Positions 35,924-44,357 of a stretch of 64,000 nt of DNA are shown piece after piece. The stretch comes from an uncultured Dehalococcoidia bacterium (GTDB lineage Bacteria; Chloroflexota; Dehalococcoidia; Lucifugimonadales; UBA3495): positions 1,709,537-1,773,536 of the forward strand of contig OY282494.1 in the NCBI GenBank assembly GCA_958296385.1, written 5' to 3'. The position numbers were made by a program, and so were the translations under genes. Within the stretch, counting starts at the first letter, position 1, and every line of letters begins with the position of its first letter. The notes below the pieces were generated by a model that saw nothing but the letters and a program-made list of their open reading frames with translations, searched no databases and was not told the origin of the DNA.

Positions 35924-36613
35924 TTATGGCAGGTCAAAAATCTGCTGGCGCACGGGGAATATGAAGCCGGGCAATATGTTTGCGCCGTCCAGGGTTTCCG
36001 GGTTGTTGAGCAGTTCCGGTTCAACTGTGCCGGGGCGGTAGATGCGGGCGGTGCGCTCTAGCGGGTCAAGCAGCCAGCCCAGCCGGGCGCCGTTGTCCAT
36101 GTATTCCTGCATCTTGTCCAGTAACTCGGCCAAATCGGACGGGCGGGATTGGGACGGTGAGCGGATTTCTACTACGAAGTCGGGGCAGAATGGCCAGGTT
36201 TGAGGCGGGTCGGTGCGCGGCGGCGCGATATTTGCCGCAAGTGTCCAAGCCCCATCGGGGCCGCGGATGGCGCCGGAGGGCAGGCGATAGGCGGCGGATG
36301 CGCCGGTGGTCATACCGGGGCTGCCCTGGGCGATGTTCCATGTTTCCAGCGCAAAACCCAGCCGGAACTCGCGGCGTTCCGCATAAGCGTAAGAAGGCAT
36401 GAGTTCCAGCGCTCCGTCGGCGGTAAGTTCCATCTCCCAGAGGCAATCCCGATTGGCCGTGCAAATGTCCCAGAACCATTCCTCGCAGGCATCGGCGCCG
36501 GCGGCCACCACATTATGGGGCAGCCGGAGTTTCAGGGGAAACGGGTTAGTGTCGCAGACGTCCGGCGGCGCGGGTACTGTTGACTGCGCAATGGGGGAAA
36601 GTTTGTTGAACAA
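35924..36613 (-). CDS. Uma2 (DUF820) family putative endonuclease
   Basis: ...WEMELTADGALELMP...PDGAWTL...CPDFVVEIRSPSQS...KMQEYMDNGARLGWLLDP. Confidence 0.8.
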   Translation of the reverse strand: MFNKLSPIAQSTVPAPPDVCDTNPFPLKLRLPHNVVAAGADACEEWFWDICTANRDCLWEMELTADGALELMPSYAYAERREFRLGFALETWNIAQGSPGMTTGASAAYRLPSGAIRGPDGAWTLAANIAPPRTDPPQTWPFCPDFVVEIRSPSQSRPSDLAELLDKMQEYMDNGARLGWLLDPLERTARIYRPGTVEPELLNNPETLDGANILPGFIFPVRQQIFDLP

Positions 36614-36619
36614 ACCAGC

Positions 36620-38167
36620 CTACCTTTCTCGTTCAGACTCGTCATGGAGAACCCGCATTTGGGGGAATAGGAGGACGTCGCGGATGGTGGTTTGGGCGGT
36701 TAGGAGCATTACGAGGCGGTCGATGCCGATGCCGAGGCCGCCGGTGGGGGGCATTCCGTATTCCAGGGCGGTCAGGAAATCGTCGTCGGTGCGGTCGGCT
36801 TCGTCGTCGTCGTAGGCGGCGCGCAGGTGTTCCTGGGCGGCGAAACGGGCGCGCTGCACGGCCGGGTCGTTCAGCTCGGTGTAGGAATTGGCAATCTCCA
36901 TGCCGGCGGCGAAAGCCTCGAAACGCTCGACGTAGCCGGGCTGGTCGGGGTGGGACTTGGCCAGTGGCGACATATCCTCCGGGTAGTCCATCAGGAACGA
37001 CGGCTGTATCAGATGGGGTTCTACGTACACGGACAGCATCTTGTCGATGAGGCGGCCGCGGGCCTCGCGGGGGGCGGGTTCCAGGCCGAGCTGCCGCGCG
37101 ATGCGGGTTAGCGATTCGGCATCGGGGTAGTCATCTATATCAACGCCGCTGCGCCGTTGCAGTTCCTCCCGCAGGGAGAGGCGGGGCCAGGGCGGGGTGA
37201 AATCGATGACGTGGGCGCCCAGGGGGATTTGCATACTGCCGTGCACGTCCTGCGCCAGCGACGACACCAGCGCCTCCACCATCTCCATAACGGCGTTGTA
37301 ATCGGCGTAGGCTTCGTAGGATTCCAGCAGGGTGAACTCCGGGTTGTGGTCCTGGTCGATGCCCTCGTTGCGGAAAACGCGGCCAATCTCGTACACCTTG
37401 TCCAGGCCGCCGACGATGAGGCGTTTGAGGTACAGTTCGGTGGCGATGCGGAGGTAGAGCTGCTGGTCGAGGGCGTTGTGGTGGGTGATGAACGGGCGGG
37501 CGTGGGCGCCGGCGGGGATTGGCACGAGGATGGGGGTGTCAACTTCAACGAAACCGCGATTGTCGAGGAACCGGCGGATGCCGCTGATGACGCGGCTGCG
37601 CTGGACGAAAGTGTCGGCCACTTCGGGGTTGGCGATGAGGTCAAGGTAGCGCTGGCGGTAGCGGGTTTCCACGTCGCGCAGGCCGTGCCACTTCTCCGGC
37701 AGCGGGCGCATCCCCTTGGCCAGGATGGTGAGGGAGGTGGCTTCGATGGTGGGCTGGCCGGTGCGGGTACGCATCATCTGGCCGGTTACGCCGAGGAAAT
37801 CGCCCAGGTCAAGGTCGGACAGCAGGGCGTAGTCGTCGCCGAGGACGTTGCGGCGCAGCAGGGCTTGCACAACGCCGGTGGCATCGCGCAAGTCCAGAAA
37901 AGCGGCGCGTCCCATGACGCGCATTGACGTGATGCGGCCGGCCAGACGGAGGGGCGGCGCATCATCCGGGAGGCCGGCGGCGTCGGCGGCCTCGAATTGG
38001 GCGATGGCGTCGGCGGCGGAACAGCTGCGGGCAAAGCGGCGGGGGTAGGGGTCAATGCCGCGCGCGATGAGGCGGCCCAGCTTGGCCCGACGGCTCTCCA
38101 GGTTGGCCTGGAGGCTGCTCAGGTTGTCGGCCGGCTGAGGCGGCGGTGATTCGTCGCGGTCTGGCAC
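36620..38167 (-). CDS. lysS: Lysine--tRNA ligase (class II)
   Basis: ...RLAGRITSMRVMGRAAFLDLRD..., RYRQRYLDL, FVEVDTPIL, YLRIATELYLKRL, FRNEG, NPEFT and GLGIGIDRLVMLL. There is no in-frame ATG, so GTG 38167 is proposed and the start is uncertain. Confidence 0.88.
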   Translation of the reverse strand: MPDRDESPPPQPADNLSSLQANLESRRAKLGRLIARGIDPYPRRFARSCSAADAIAQFEAADAAGLPDDAPPLRLAGRITSMRVMGRAAFLDLRDATGVVQALLRRNVLGDDYALLSDLDLGDFLGVTGQMMRTRTGQPTIEATSLTILAKGMRPLPEKWHGLRDVETRYRQRYLDLIANPEVADTFVQRSRVISGIRRFLDNRGFVEVDTPILVPIPAGAHARPFITHHNALDQQLYLRIATELYLKRLIVGGLDKVYEIGRVFRNEGIDQDHNPEFTLLESYEAYADYNAVMEMVEALVSSLAQDVHGSMQIPLGAHVIDFTPPWPRLSLREELQRRSGVDIDDYPDAESLTRIARQLGLEPAPREARGRLIDKMLSVYVEPHLIQPSFLMDYPEDMSPLAKSHPDQPGYVERFEAFAAGMEIANSYTELNDPAVQRARFAAQEHLRAAYDDDEADRTDDDFLTALEYGMPPTGGLGIGIDRLVMLLTAQTTIRDVLLFPQMRVLHDESERER

Positions 38168-38192
38168 GGTGGAAAGGGGGCCGGGGTTGGGG

Positions 38193-38669
38193 CTAGCTGA
38201 TGGACAGGATTTTGAGTTTGGTTTTGCCGCTGGGAATCTGGACTTCGGCGACGTCGCCGGGGCGCTTGCCCAGCAGGCTTTTGCCGATGGGCGAAACGTG
38301 GGAGATGCGGCCCTGGGCGGGGTCGGCTTCCAGCGAGCCGGTAATCTGATAGCGGGCCTGCTGGCCGTTCTCGCGCTCAACGGTGACGGTGCGCCAGAGG
38401 GCCACGGCGTCGGGAGATTCAGCGTCGTCGGGGTTGGCGTCAACGATGACGGCATTGCCAATCAGCCGGGCCAGGGAGCGGATTTTGCCCTCGACGAAAG
38501 CCAGGTCCTGCTTGGCCAGTTCGGTTTCGGCGTTGTCGTCGGTGCCGCCGCGAGTGCGGGCCACGTTAATCTGGCTGGCGATGGCCGGCTTGCGGACGGT
38601 GCGCAGTTCCTCCAAGTCGGCAGTCAGCTCAGCGAGCTTGCTCCGTGACATATACTGTGGTTCCGGCAT
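38193..38669 (-). CDS. greA: Transcription elongation factor GreA
   Basis: Coiled-coil N-terminus plus C-terminal ...ISHVSPIGKSLLGKRPGDVAEVQIPSGKTKLKILSI. ATG 38651 is an alternative start. Confidence 0.88.
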   Translation of the reverse strand: MPEPQYMSRSKLAELTADLEELRTVRKPAIASQINVARTRGGTDDNAETELAKQDLAFVEGKIRSLARLIGNAVIVDANPDDAESPDAVALWRTVTVERENGQQARYQITGSLEADPAQGRISHVSPIGKSLLGKRPGDVAEVQIPSGKTKLKILSIS

Positions 38670-38802
38670 AACGCTACCGCCCCGGGGCCGGGCCGCCCGG
38701 CGCCCCAAACAACAAGTGGGGAGAGGCCATAGCCAGCCTGCTCCCTGAGCCGTGATTATAAAACCAACGGCAGATATTGTAAAGCGAAACGCAATCGCTG
38801 GC

Positions 38803-39352
38803 CGCGTTCCGTTTCCGGTGGTTTGGTCAAGTCATGATGGGTCATCCTTTGGGAGTGGGTTTGGGGTTGGCTGGTATCGGGCGGGTATCGTATCGGGCAG
38901 TCGGTATCGGGTGGTCGGTTCGGTTTGATTTGGTGTTGGTTGGTTTGGTGGTTATCGTCGGAGATTCCAGTCGGTGTCAGCCCTTACGGCCGGAAGGTTT
39001 TTACGCAACTATTACGGACCTTCATTTTACGTGTCCTGCCCTTTGGGGGAGCAGCGCGCGGGCTGAAGCTCGATACCCTGCGGAGTACCGCCCACGCCGT
39101 GGATGCGTCGATGGGTCGGCCTGGCCGATTGCGGTTTGGATGCTGACGGGGGTGGCCGTGGTGACTGGAAGCTCCGGCGACGTTTGACGCGGTGTTGTGA
39201 TAGTGTGTAGGCCCCGGTTCCTCAGGGGATGCTCTCGGACTGAGAACGGCTGAGGCGGGGATTGGTTGTTGATTTGCCCGATAGATGTATCTTACACGAA
39301 CCGATGTACGGTTACAAGGGGTCGGCGTCGCTGATTTTTTGGATTTGGCGGG
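38803..39352 (+). ncRNA. Candidate structured RNA or repeat element, copy A (inverted paralogue at 63458..63958)
   Basis: Non-coding gap. Exact blocks are shared with copy B (27-nt GGACCTTCATTTTACGTGTCCTGCCCT and 29-nt CGCGGGCTGAAGCTCGATACCCTGCGGAG). A 16-bp closing helix pairs 38957-38972 with 39163-39178 and shows a compensatory change between copies. Confidence 0.45.
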
Positions 39353-39371
39353 TGTCGTTCCGTCGTCCGGT

Positions 39372-39396
39372 GTCATTCTGAGGGCGCTATTTCTCG
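39372..39396. repeat. Partial left arm of the GTCATTCTGAG REP-like element
   Basis: GTCATTCTGAGGGCGCTATTTCTCG. Confidence 0.4.
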
Positions 39397-39492
39397 CCGT
39401 ATCTTGCTGTTACCGGCCTTATCGCGGGGGCGGCGGTTTGCGTACAATTGGGGGCGTGAAATCCGGGCCAGGTCTTGAAAGGAGGATGGGTG

Positions 39493-40038
39493 ATGCTGCG
39501 ACGGATGATTGGGGCGGCGACGTTTAACGCTGCGACTTACGAGGAGATTGAGGCCGACCAGGGGGCGCTGGGGCAGGCGGTGATGGTGGTGCTGATTGTT
39601 ACCCTGTGCGGGGCAATCGGCGGCGTCCTGTCGGAGCTGTTCGGCGAAGAAGCATCCCTGCTGGGCATCGTCTGGGGTTTGATTGTCGGGCTGACGTTCG
39701 GCATCGTGCGCTGGGCGCTGTGGACGAGCGTCCTCTACCTGGTGGGCGGGCGGATGCTGCGCACGAGCGGAACCGAAACCAGCTGGGCCGAACTGGGCCG
39801 GATGCTGGGGTTTGCCTACACGCCGGGCGTGCTGTCCGTATTCGCCTTTGTTCCGTCCGTGGGCTGGCTGTTCGGCCTGGTGGGGTTCATCTGGACGCTG
39901 GTGGCGGTGATTGTAGCCGTGCGCCAGGCGCTGGATTTTGAGTCAACGGGACGGGCCGTGCTGGTAACGTTCATCGCCGCAATCGTTGGCTTTATACCCT
40001 TGCTGATAGTTTTGGCGCTGGGCGAGTTGATCAGTTGA
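39493..40038 (+). CDS. Yip1-family integral membrane protein
   Basis: GGAGG RBS lies 7 nt before ATG 39493. MLRRMIGAATFNAATYEEIEADQGALGQA... is followed by 5 TM helices. Confidence 0.7.
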   Translation: MLRRMIGAATFNAATYEEIEADQGALGQAVMVVLIVTLCGAIGGVLSELFGEEASLLGIVWGLIVGLTFGIVRWALWTSVLYLVGGRMLRTSGTETSWAELGRMLGFAYTPGVLSVFAFVPSVGWLFGLVGFIWTLVAVIVAVRQALDFESTGRAVLVTFIAAIVGFIPLLIVLALGELIS

Positions 40039-40110
40039 TCCGGGGATAAGCCCGCTGGCGCAAAGCAACGCCGGATGCCCGGCATTGGGCTGGACTGAAC
40101 ACCTCCTTTG

Positions 40111-40206
40111 GTCGTTCTGAGCACAGCGAAAAATCTCGATGGCGTAGAGCAAAGTTTGCGGTAAAGGCCGTCATTACGCCGTCGAGATTCTTTGCTATTG
40201 TCAGAC
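40111..40206. repeat. REP/MITE-like palindromic element (diverged copy)
   Basis: GTCGTTCTGAGCACAGCGAAAAATCTCG ... CGAGATTCTTTGCTATTGTCAGAC. Confidence 0.65.
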
Positions 40207-40300
40207 CGTATCCGGTTGCAATCGGCATTATCGCAGCGGTAGGGACTCGCGTACGATAGCGGCGAGAATCCGGGCCAGGTTTTCAAAAGAGAATGGTGTG

Positions 40301-40951
40301 ATGCTGCGCAGGATGATTGGGGCGGCGACGCTTAACGCTGCGACTTACAAGGAGATTAAGGCCGACCAGGGGGCGCGGTGGCAGGCCATTACGGTGGTGC
40401 TGATTGTTACCCTGTGTGGGTCAATCGGCAGCCTGCTGGAGCTACAGCTCAGTGGACCCATCCCGGCCGGGCCGGTCGGGGTGCTAGATGCACTGCTGTG
40501 GCTGGTGCTCTGGGGAGCATTCCAGCTGGACACCCTCACGGTTTTGCTTATCGCGCTAGTGGTCGGCACCGTGCAATGGGCGATGTGGACTACCGTCCTC
40601 TACCTGGTAGGCGGCCGGATGCTGCGCACCGGCGAAACCAAAACCAGCTGGGCCGAACTGTGGCGGATGCTAGGGTTTGCGCACACGCCGCACGTGCTGT
40701 CCATATTCACGTTTATCCCAGCCGCGTTTATCCCGTCCGCCGGCTGGCTGTCCGTCGGCTGGCTGTTCGGCCTGGCGGTGTTCATCTGGATGCTGGCGGC
40801 GGTGATAGTTGCAGTGCGTCAGGCACTGTATCCTGAGTCAACGGGACGGGTGGCGCTGGTAATGTTCATCGCGGCAATCATTGGCTTTATCCCCTGGCTG
40901 ATACTTCTGACGCTGGGAATTGTGGTGGGCGTCATCGTGCTGGGGGGCTAA
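40301..40951 (+). CDS. Yip1-family integral membrane protein (tandem paralogue)
   Basis: MLRRMIGAATLNAATYKEIKADQGARWQA.... The 35 nt upstream are also conserved with the first copy. Confidence 0.7.
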   Translation: MLRRMIGAATLNAATYKEIKADQGARWQAITVVLIVTLCGSIGSLLELQLSGPIPAGPVGVLDALLWLVLWGAFQLDTLTVLLIALVVGTVQWAMWTTVLYLVGGRMLRTGETKTSWAELWRMLGFAHTPHVLSIFTFIPAAFIPSAGWLSVGWLFGLAVFIWMLAAVIVAVRQALYPESTGRVALVMFIAAIIGFIPWLILLTLGIVVGVIVLGG

Positions 40952-41120
40952 TCCAGCTGACGCAACGCCGGATGCCCGGCATGGGGCCGGATTGAACGCG
41001 GGGCTGTGCCGGGGTGGTTTGGGCTGGACTGGACTAGGCGCCGCCGGGTGTATCTGCTGGGCCGCTGGCGTTGGCGTTGTTGGGGCGGCGTTCCAGCAGC
41101 TCAATCAGGCCAGCGTTTGC

Positions 41121-44100
41121 TTAGTTTTGCAGAATCCGTTTCAGGTAATCGTAATTGCCGATGCCTTCCCGGAACAGGATGTGCTTGTCCGCGAAGTCGT
41201 CTTTGCTCCATTCGCCGTTGCCGTAGCGTTCTCTCAGCTGTTCGTAGGGGGTTGTTGACACGATGTAGGAATCCAGACTTACTTGCGTGTTGCCCGAACG
41301 GGCGGCGATTTGCTGTGCTAAACCGGGCAGTTCCTCGTGGAGTTTGGCTTTATCGTCGTGCTCGTAGGCTTTCGCGTTGAGCATTCCGTGCGGTTCTACA
41401 AACACTATGCGTTGTGTATCGCCGGTCTTAATCCAAAGGATGAAATCGGGGTAGAAGCCGCTGCTTTCGAAAAAGCCTACGCCTTTGCCACGGGTCAGGT
41501 TCCGGAGCAGGAACAGTTCGGCGTTGGGCGGCAGGCTGCTGGGCGTTCCTTTGCAGTAGTTTCGCAGGTCGGCGACGAATTCGCGCTCGCTTGGCTGCAA
41601 GCCGGGGGGTGATGAGGTTATTCCATCGGATTCGACGAGGAGCGGTTGGTACAGGTGCCGGTCGAAGTGAATCCGCGGCAAGACGCCTTGTTCCTGACGG
41701 TAGAGGGCGTTGCAGTCTTTGATTAGTTCCGCAATTTCATTTGCCAGAGTTGTGTTGCCCCGGGGGGCTTTGACGATGTATTTTCCGGTGGCGTCGCCTT
41801 CGCCGATGTTGAATCGTAGGTTGGGGTCGGCGGCATCGAGTTGCCGGTAGGTGAGGTGGTTTGATTCCCACTGCGCTTGCCGGCGCCGGTACAGCGATTC
41901 GGCGTACTTCCGGAGGATGCCGGTGACGACTTCCTGCAAACGCTGCCGGTCAGCATGGTTCTGCGGCTCAATTACCGACTGTTCGGCCTCCACATGGTAC
42001 GCCGGCGGCTGTGATTCCAGTATGGGCCGCAGCAAGTCCGGCTGTATCAGGAGATTGCTGAAGCCCTTACTTTCCTTGTGTTCCAGCAACTCCAGGTAGG
42101 CTTGTCCCCAGTCAATCAAGTCCAGGCTGGCCGGCGGTATTGACCCGCTCCAGGATACGGCGCTGGCGCTGTCAATTCCCTGCTGGCCGCTGACGATTTG
42201 CTGGGCCTGCGCCGACACGGTTACGGAAACCGGCCGGGCGTCGCCGTCGTATTGCAGCAGCACGGTTTCTTGCCCGGCAAAGCTCTGTCCGTCGTCCAGG
42301 CGTGGGATTACCAATCCCTTATCCAGGAAATCCTGATTGGGGCGTATGAACAGCGGCAGCTCGATGGGTTCCTGGGTGTCTATGCCCTCGTTTTCCAGGT
42401 ACTCCCGGAATTGGGCCATGTAGTTGGCGCGCAGGGCAAAAATGTTCAGGGTTTCCAGCGACCGGATGTGATCGGGATGCCGCTCGCCGGCCAGCGCTGC
42501 GCTGCGTTTCAGCGACAGACCCCGGCCTTTCAGGCGGACGCCGCGTCCGAACAGCTGGATTATCTGCGCGCCTTCGCTTTTCCCGATGTTCAGCAGGCCC
42601 ATGTTAGACACCCGCCAGGAGTTCCAGCCTTCAATGAACTTGCGGGAACCGGCCAGCACTTCAACCGTTGAGTCCGGTTCGTTGATGCGGTCAAACAGCG
42701 AACCTTGCAGGGCGTCGTCCGTTACCACGATGCCGGAGTCGTCGGCCTCGACCAGCCGCTTGAACGCCGCAGTGTCGCCGACGTAAATTACGCCGAAGTA
42801 GTTCTCGGCGCCGGCCGCTTTCAGGCCCAGCTCGCCGTCGCTGCCGCGCAAGTCGGAAAGCTCCAGGCCGCCGCTGCCGTCGGCGTGCAGCGTTTTCCGC
42901 AGGGCGTTCCGGTAGATTGGCCCGGCGTCCCCGCCACGCTGCTGCAAGTAGATGAATTTGTCGGCAAAAATGTCGCGGCCATCCTCTGTAATTAAGCCGG
43001 ATTGACCATTCAGCAGCCGCGCAATGCTGTCCTCTGCCCAATCGGGTTCGCGCAGCACCCGGTGCAGAAACCTGGCTACGGTCAGGATGTCGCTGCGCCG
43101 GTTATTCCCTTGCCCGTACACGGCGTTGACTCTGCCCCCGACGAATGTCCACAGCGGCCGTTCCAGGTTGTATGGCCGCAGCGCCGGTTTCTGGTCGTCA
43201 AACACGAGCTGCTGTTCGTAGAAGGACAGCAGGTTGGCCAGCAGCAGGATGTCGGTCTGCTCTGCGCCGCCTTCCTGCTGCAAGTTGAGGATGCTGAAGT
43301 CTTTGCCGTAGCCGTCAGCGTAGAAGTGCCGGTAGGAATAGTCAAAAGCGATGGCTTTGCCGTACTCGGTGAGCAAGTCGTTGTTGCCGGCGGCGGCCAG
43401 GGCCTGCCCAAAAGTGGCGCTGTACTCAAAGGTAAAGCCCGTCTCCCCCAGCGCCTTGCGTATCTCCAGCCAGCTTTGCGTTTCGGAACTGGCTCCCCGG
43501 TGGCCTTCGTCCACGAATATCAGGTTGTTGCCTTCGAATGATTCCACCGGCACGCTTTCGCCTTCGCCCTGCTTCTCCATTACCAGCTTGGTAATCTCGG
43601 TTACCCGCACCGTTCCGGTGTCGCCGGGCAGCCCGCCGGTTTCGTTGAGGTCAAAGCGGGCCGCCGGGATGCCGGACGCTTGCAGCTCGGCGATGTGCTG
43701 CCGGGTCAGCCCTTCGTTGGGCGTAATCAGCAGGATGTTGTCCAGCGGCTGCCGATTGTAGTGCCGGAACTGCCGGTAGTGCAGATGCAGCAGCAGCGTT
43801 TTGCCGCTGCCCGTCGCCATCCAGAACGCCAGCTTGTTCAAGTCGCCGGCGGCGAAATCCTTATAGCGCTGGTCGGGGGCGCAGTTGGCGTTGTGCTGCG
43901 CGACGAATCGGTTGAGTGAACCCAGCAGGCCCGCGGTGCTTTTGCTGTAACGGTCAAGGTAGATTTCGGTGTACAGCGCGGCCAGGTATTGGAAGTAGCG
44001 CAGGATGATGGGTTCGACCCGGCCGGCGTTCAGCGCCGCCAGATGGGTGCGGATGTTGTCGTCGTAGCGTTGCAGGTCATCCGTGGTGACCCCCACCAGC

Positions 44101-44315
44101 TGGCCGGCCCGCGCGGCCAGGAGAGCGTAGATGTGGCTGCGTCCGTTCGGGTCAAAGCCTTCGTCGGTCGGCTTGACGGCGGCCAGCAGGTCGGACGTCT
44201 TGGCGTAGCCCAGCTGCCCGTGCAGCCAGGCCAGCAGCGCCAGCCTTTGCTCCAGCCGGGCATAGCCGCGCGGGGCCGGCGGGCGGTTTCCGTTAGCGCG
44301 GCGTCGGGGCGGCAT
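41121..44315 (-). CDS. Type III-like restriction subunit (SF2 helicase/ResIII + C-terminal PD-(D/E)xK-like nuclease)
   Basis: MATGSGKTLL (Walker A), FVDEGHRG (DExH), later helicase motifs, and C-terminal GFYPDFILWIK...IVFVEPHG. Confidence 0.8.
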   Translation of the reverse strand: MPPRRRANGNRPPAPRGYARLEQRLALLAWLHGQLGYAKTSDLLAAVKPTDEGFDPNGRSHIYALLAARAGQLVGVTTDDLQRYDDNIRTHLAALNAGRVEPIILRYFQYLAALYTEIYLDRYSKSTAGLLGSLNRFVAQHNANCAPDQRYKDFAAGDLNKLAFWMATGSGKTLLLHLHYRQFRHYNRQPLDNILLITPNEGLTRQHIAELQASGIPAARFDLNETGGLPGDTGTVRVTEITKLVMEKQGEGESVPVESFEGNNLIFVDEGHRGASSETQSWLEIRKALGETGFTFEYSATFGQALAAAGNNDLLTEYGKAIAFDYSYRHFYADGYGKDFSILNLQQEGGAEQTDILLLANLLSFYEQQLVFDDQKPALRPYNLERPLWTFVGGRVNAVYGQGNNRRSDILTVARFLHRVLREPDWAEDSIARLLNGQSGLITEDGRDIFADKFIYLQQRGGDAGPIYRNALRKTLHADGSGGLELSDLRGSDGELGLKAAGAENYFGVIYVGDTAAFKRLVEADDSGIVVTDDALQGSLFDRINEPDSTVEVLAGSRKFIEGWNSWRVSNMGLLNIGKSEGAQIIQLFGRGVRLKGRGLSLKRSAALAGERHPDHIRSLETLNIFALRANYMAQFREYLENEGIDTQEPIELPLFIRPNQDFLDKGLVIPRLDDGQSFAGQETVLLQYDGDARPVSVTVSAQAQQIVSGQQGIDSASAVSWSGSIPPASLDLIDWGQAYLELLEHKESKGFSNLLIQPDLLRPILESQPPAYHVEAEQSVIEPQNHADRQRLQEVVTGILRKYAESLYRRRQAQWESNHLTYRQLDAADPNLRFNIGEGDATGKYIVKAPRGNTTLANEIAELIKDCNALYRQEQGVLPRIHFDRHLYQPLLVESDGITSSPPGLQPSEREFVADLRNYCKGTPSSLPPNAELFLLRNLTRGKGVGFFESSGFYPDFILWIKTGDTQRIVFVEPHGMLNAKAYEHDDKAKLHEELPGLAQQIAARSGNTQVSLDSYIVSTTPYEQLRERYGNGEWSKDDFADKHILFREGIGNYDYLKRILQN

Positions 44316-44357
44316 CGTCCATTCCTCCGGTCAATAATCCGGCGGTAAGCAATCCGG

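Noticed and set aside
38834-39187. ORFs inside the repeated element (38834..39187 here, 63657..63965 in the other copy) sharing ..DLHFTCPAL....RAEARYPAE
   Set aside because: The two ORFs use different reading frames over the 5' half, including the helix strand. They have unrelated N-termini and different ends. Conservation comes as exact nucleotide blocks rather than third-position wobble. The shared peptide is a by-product of DNA identity.
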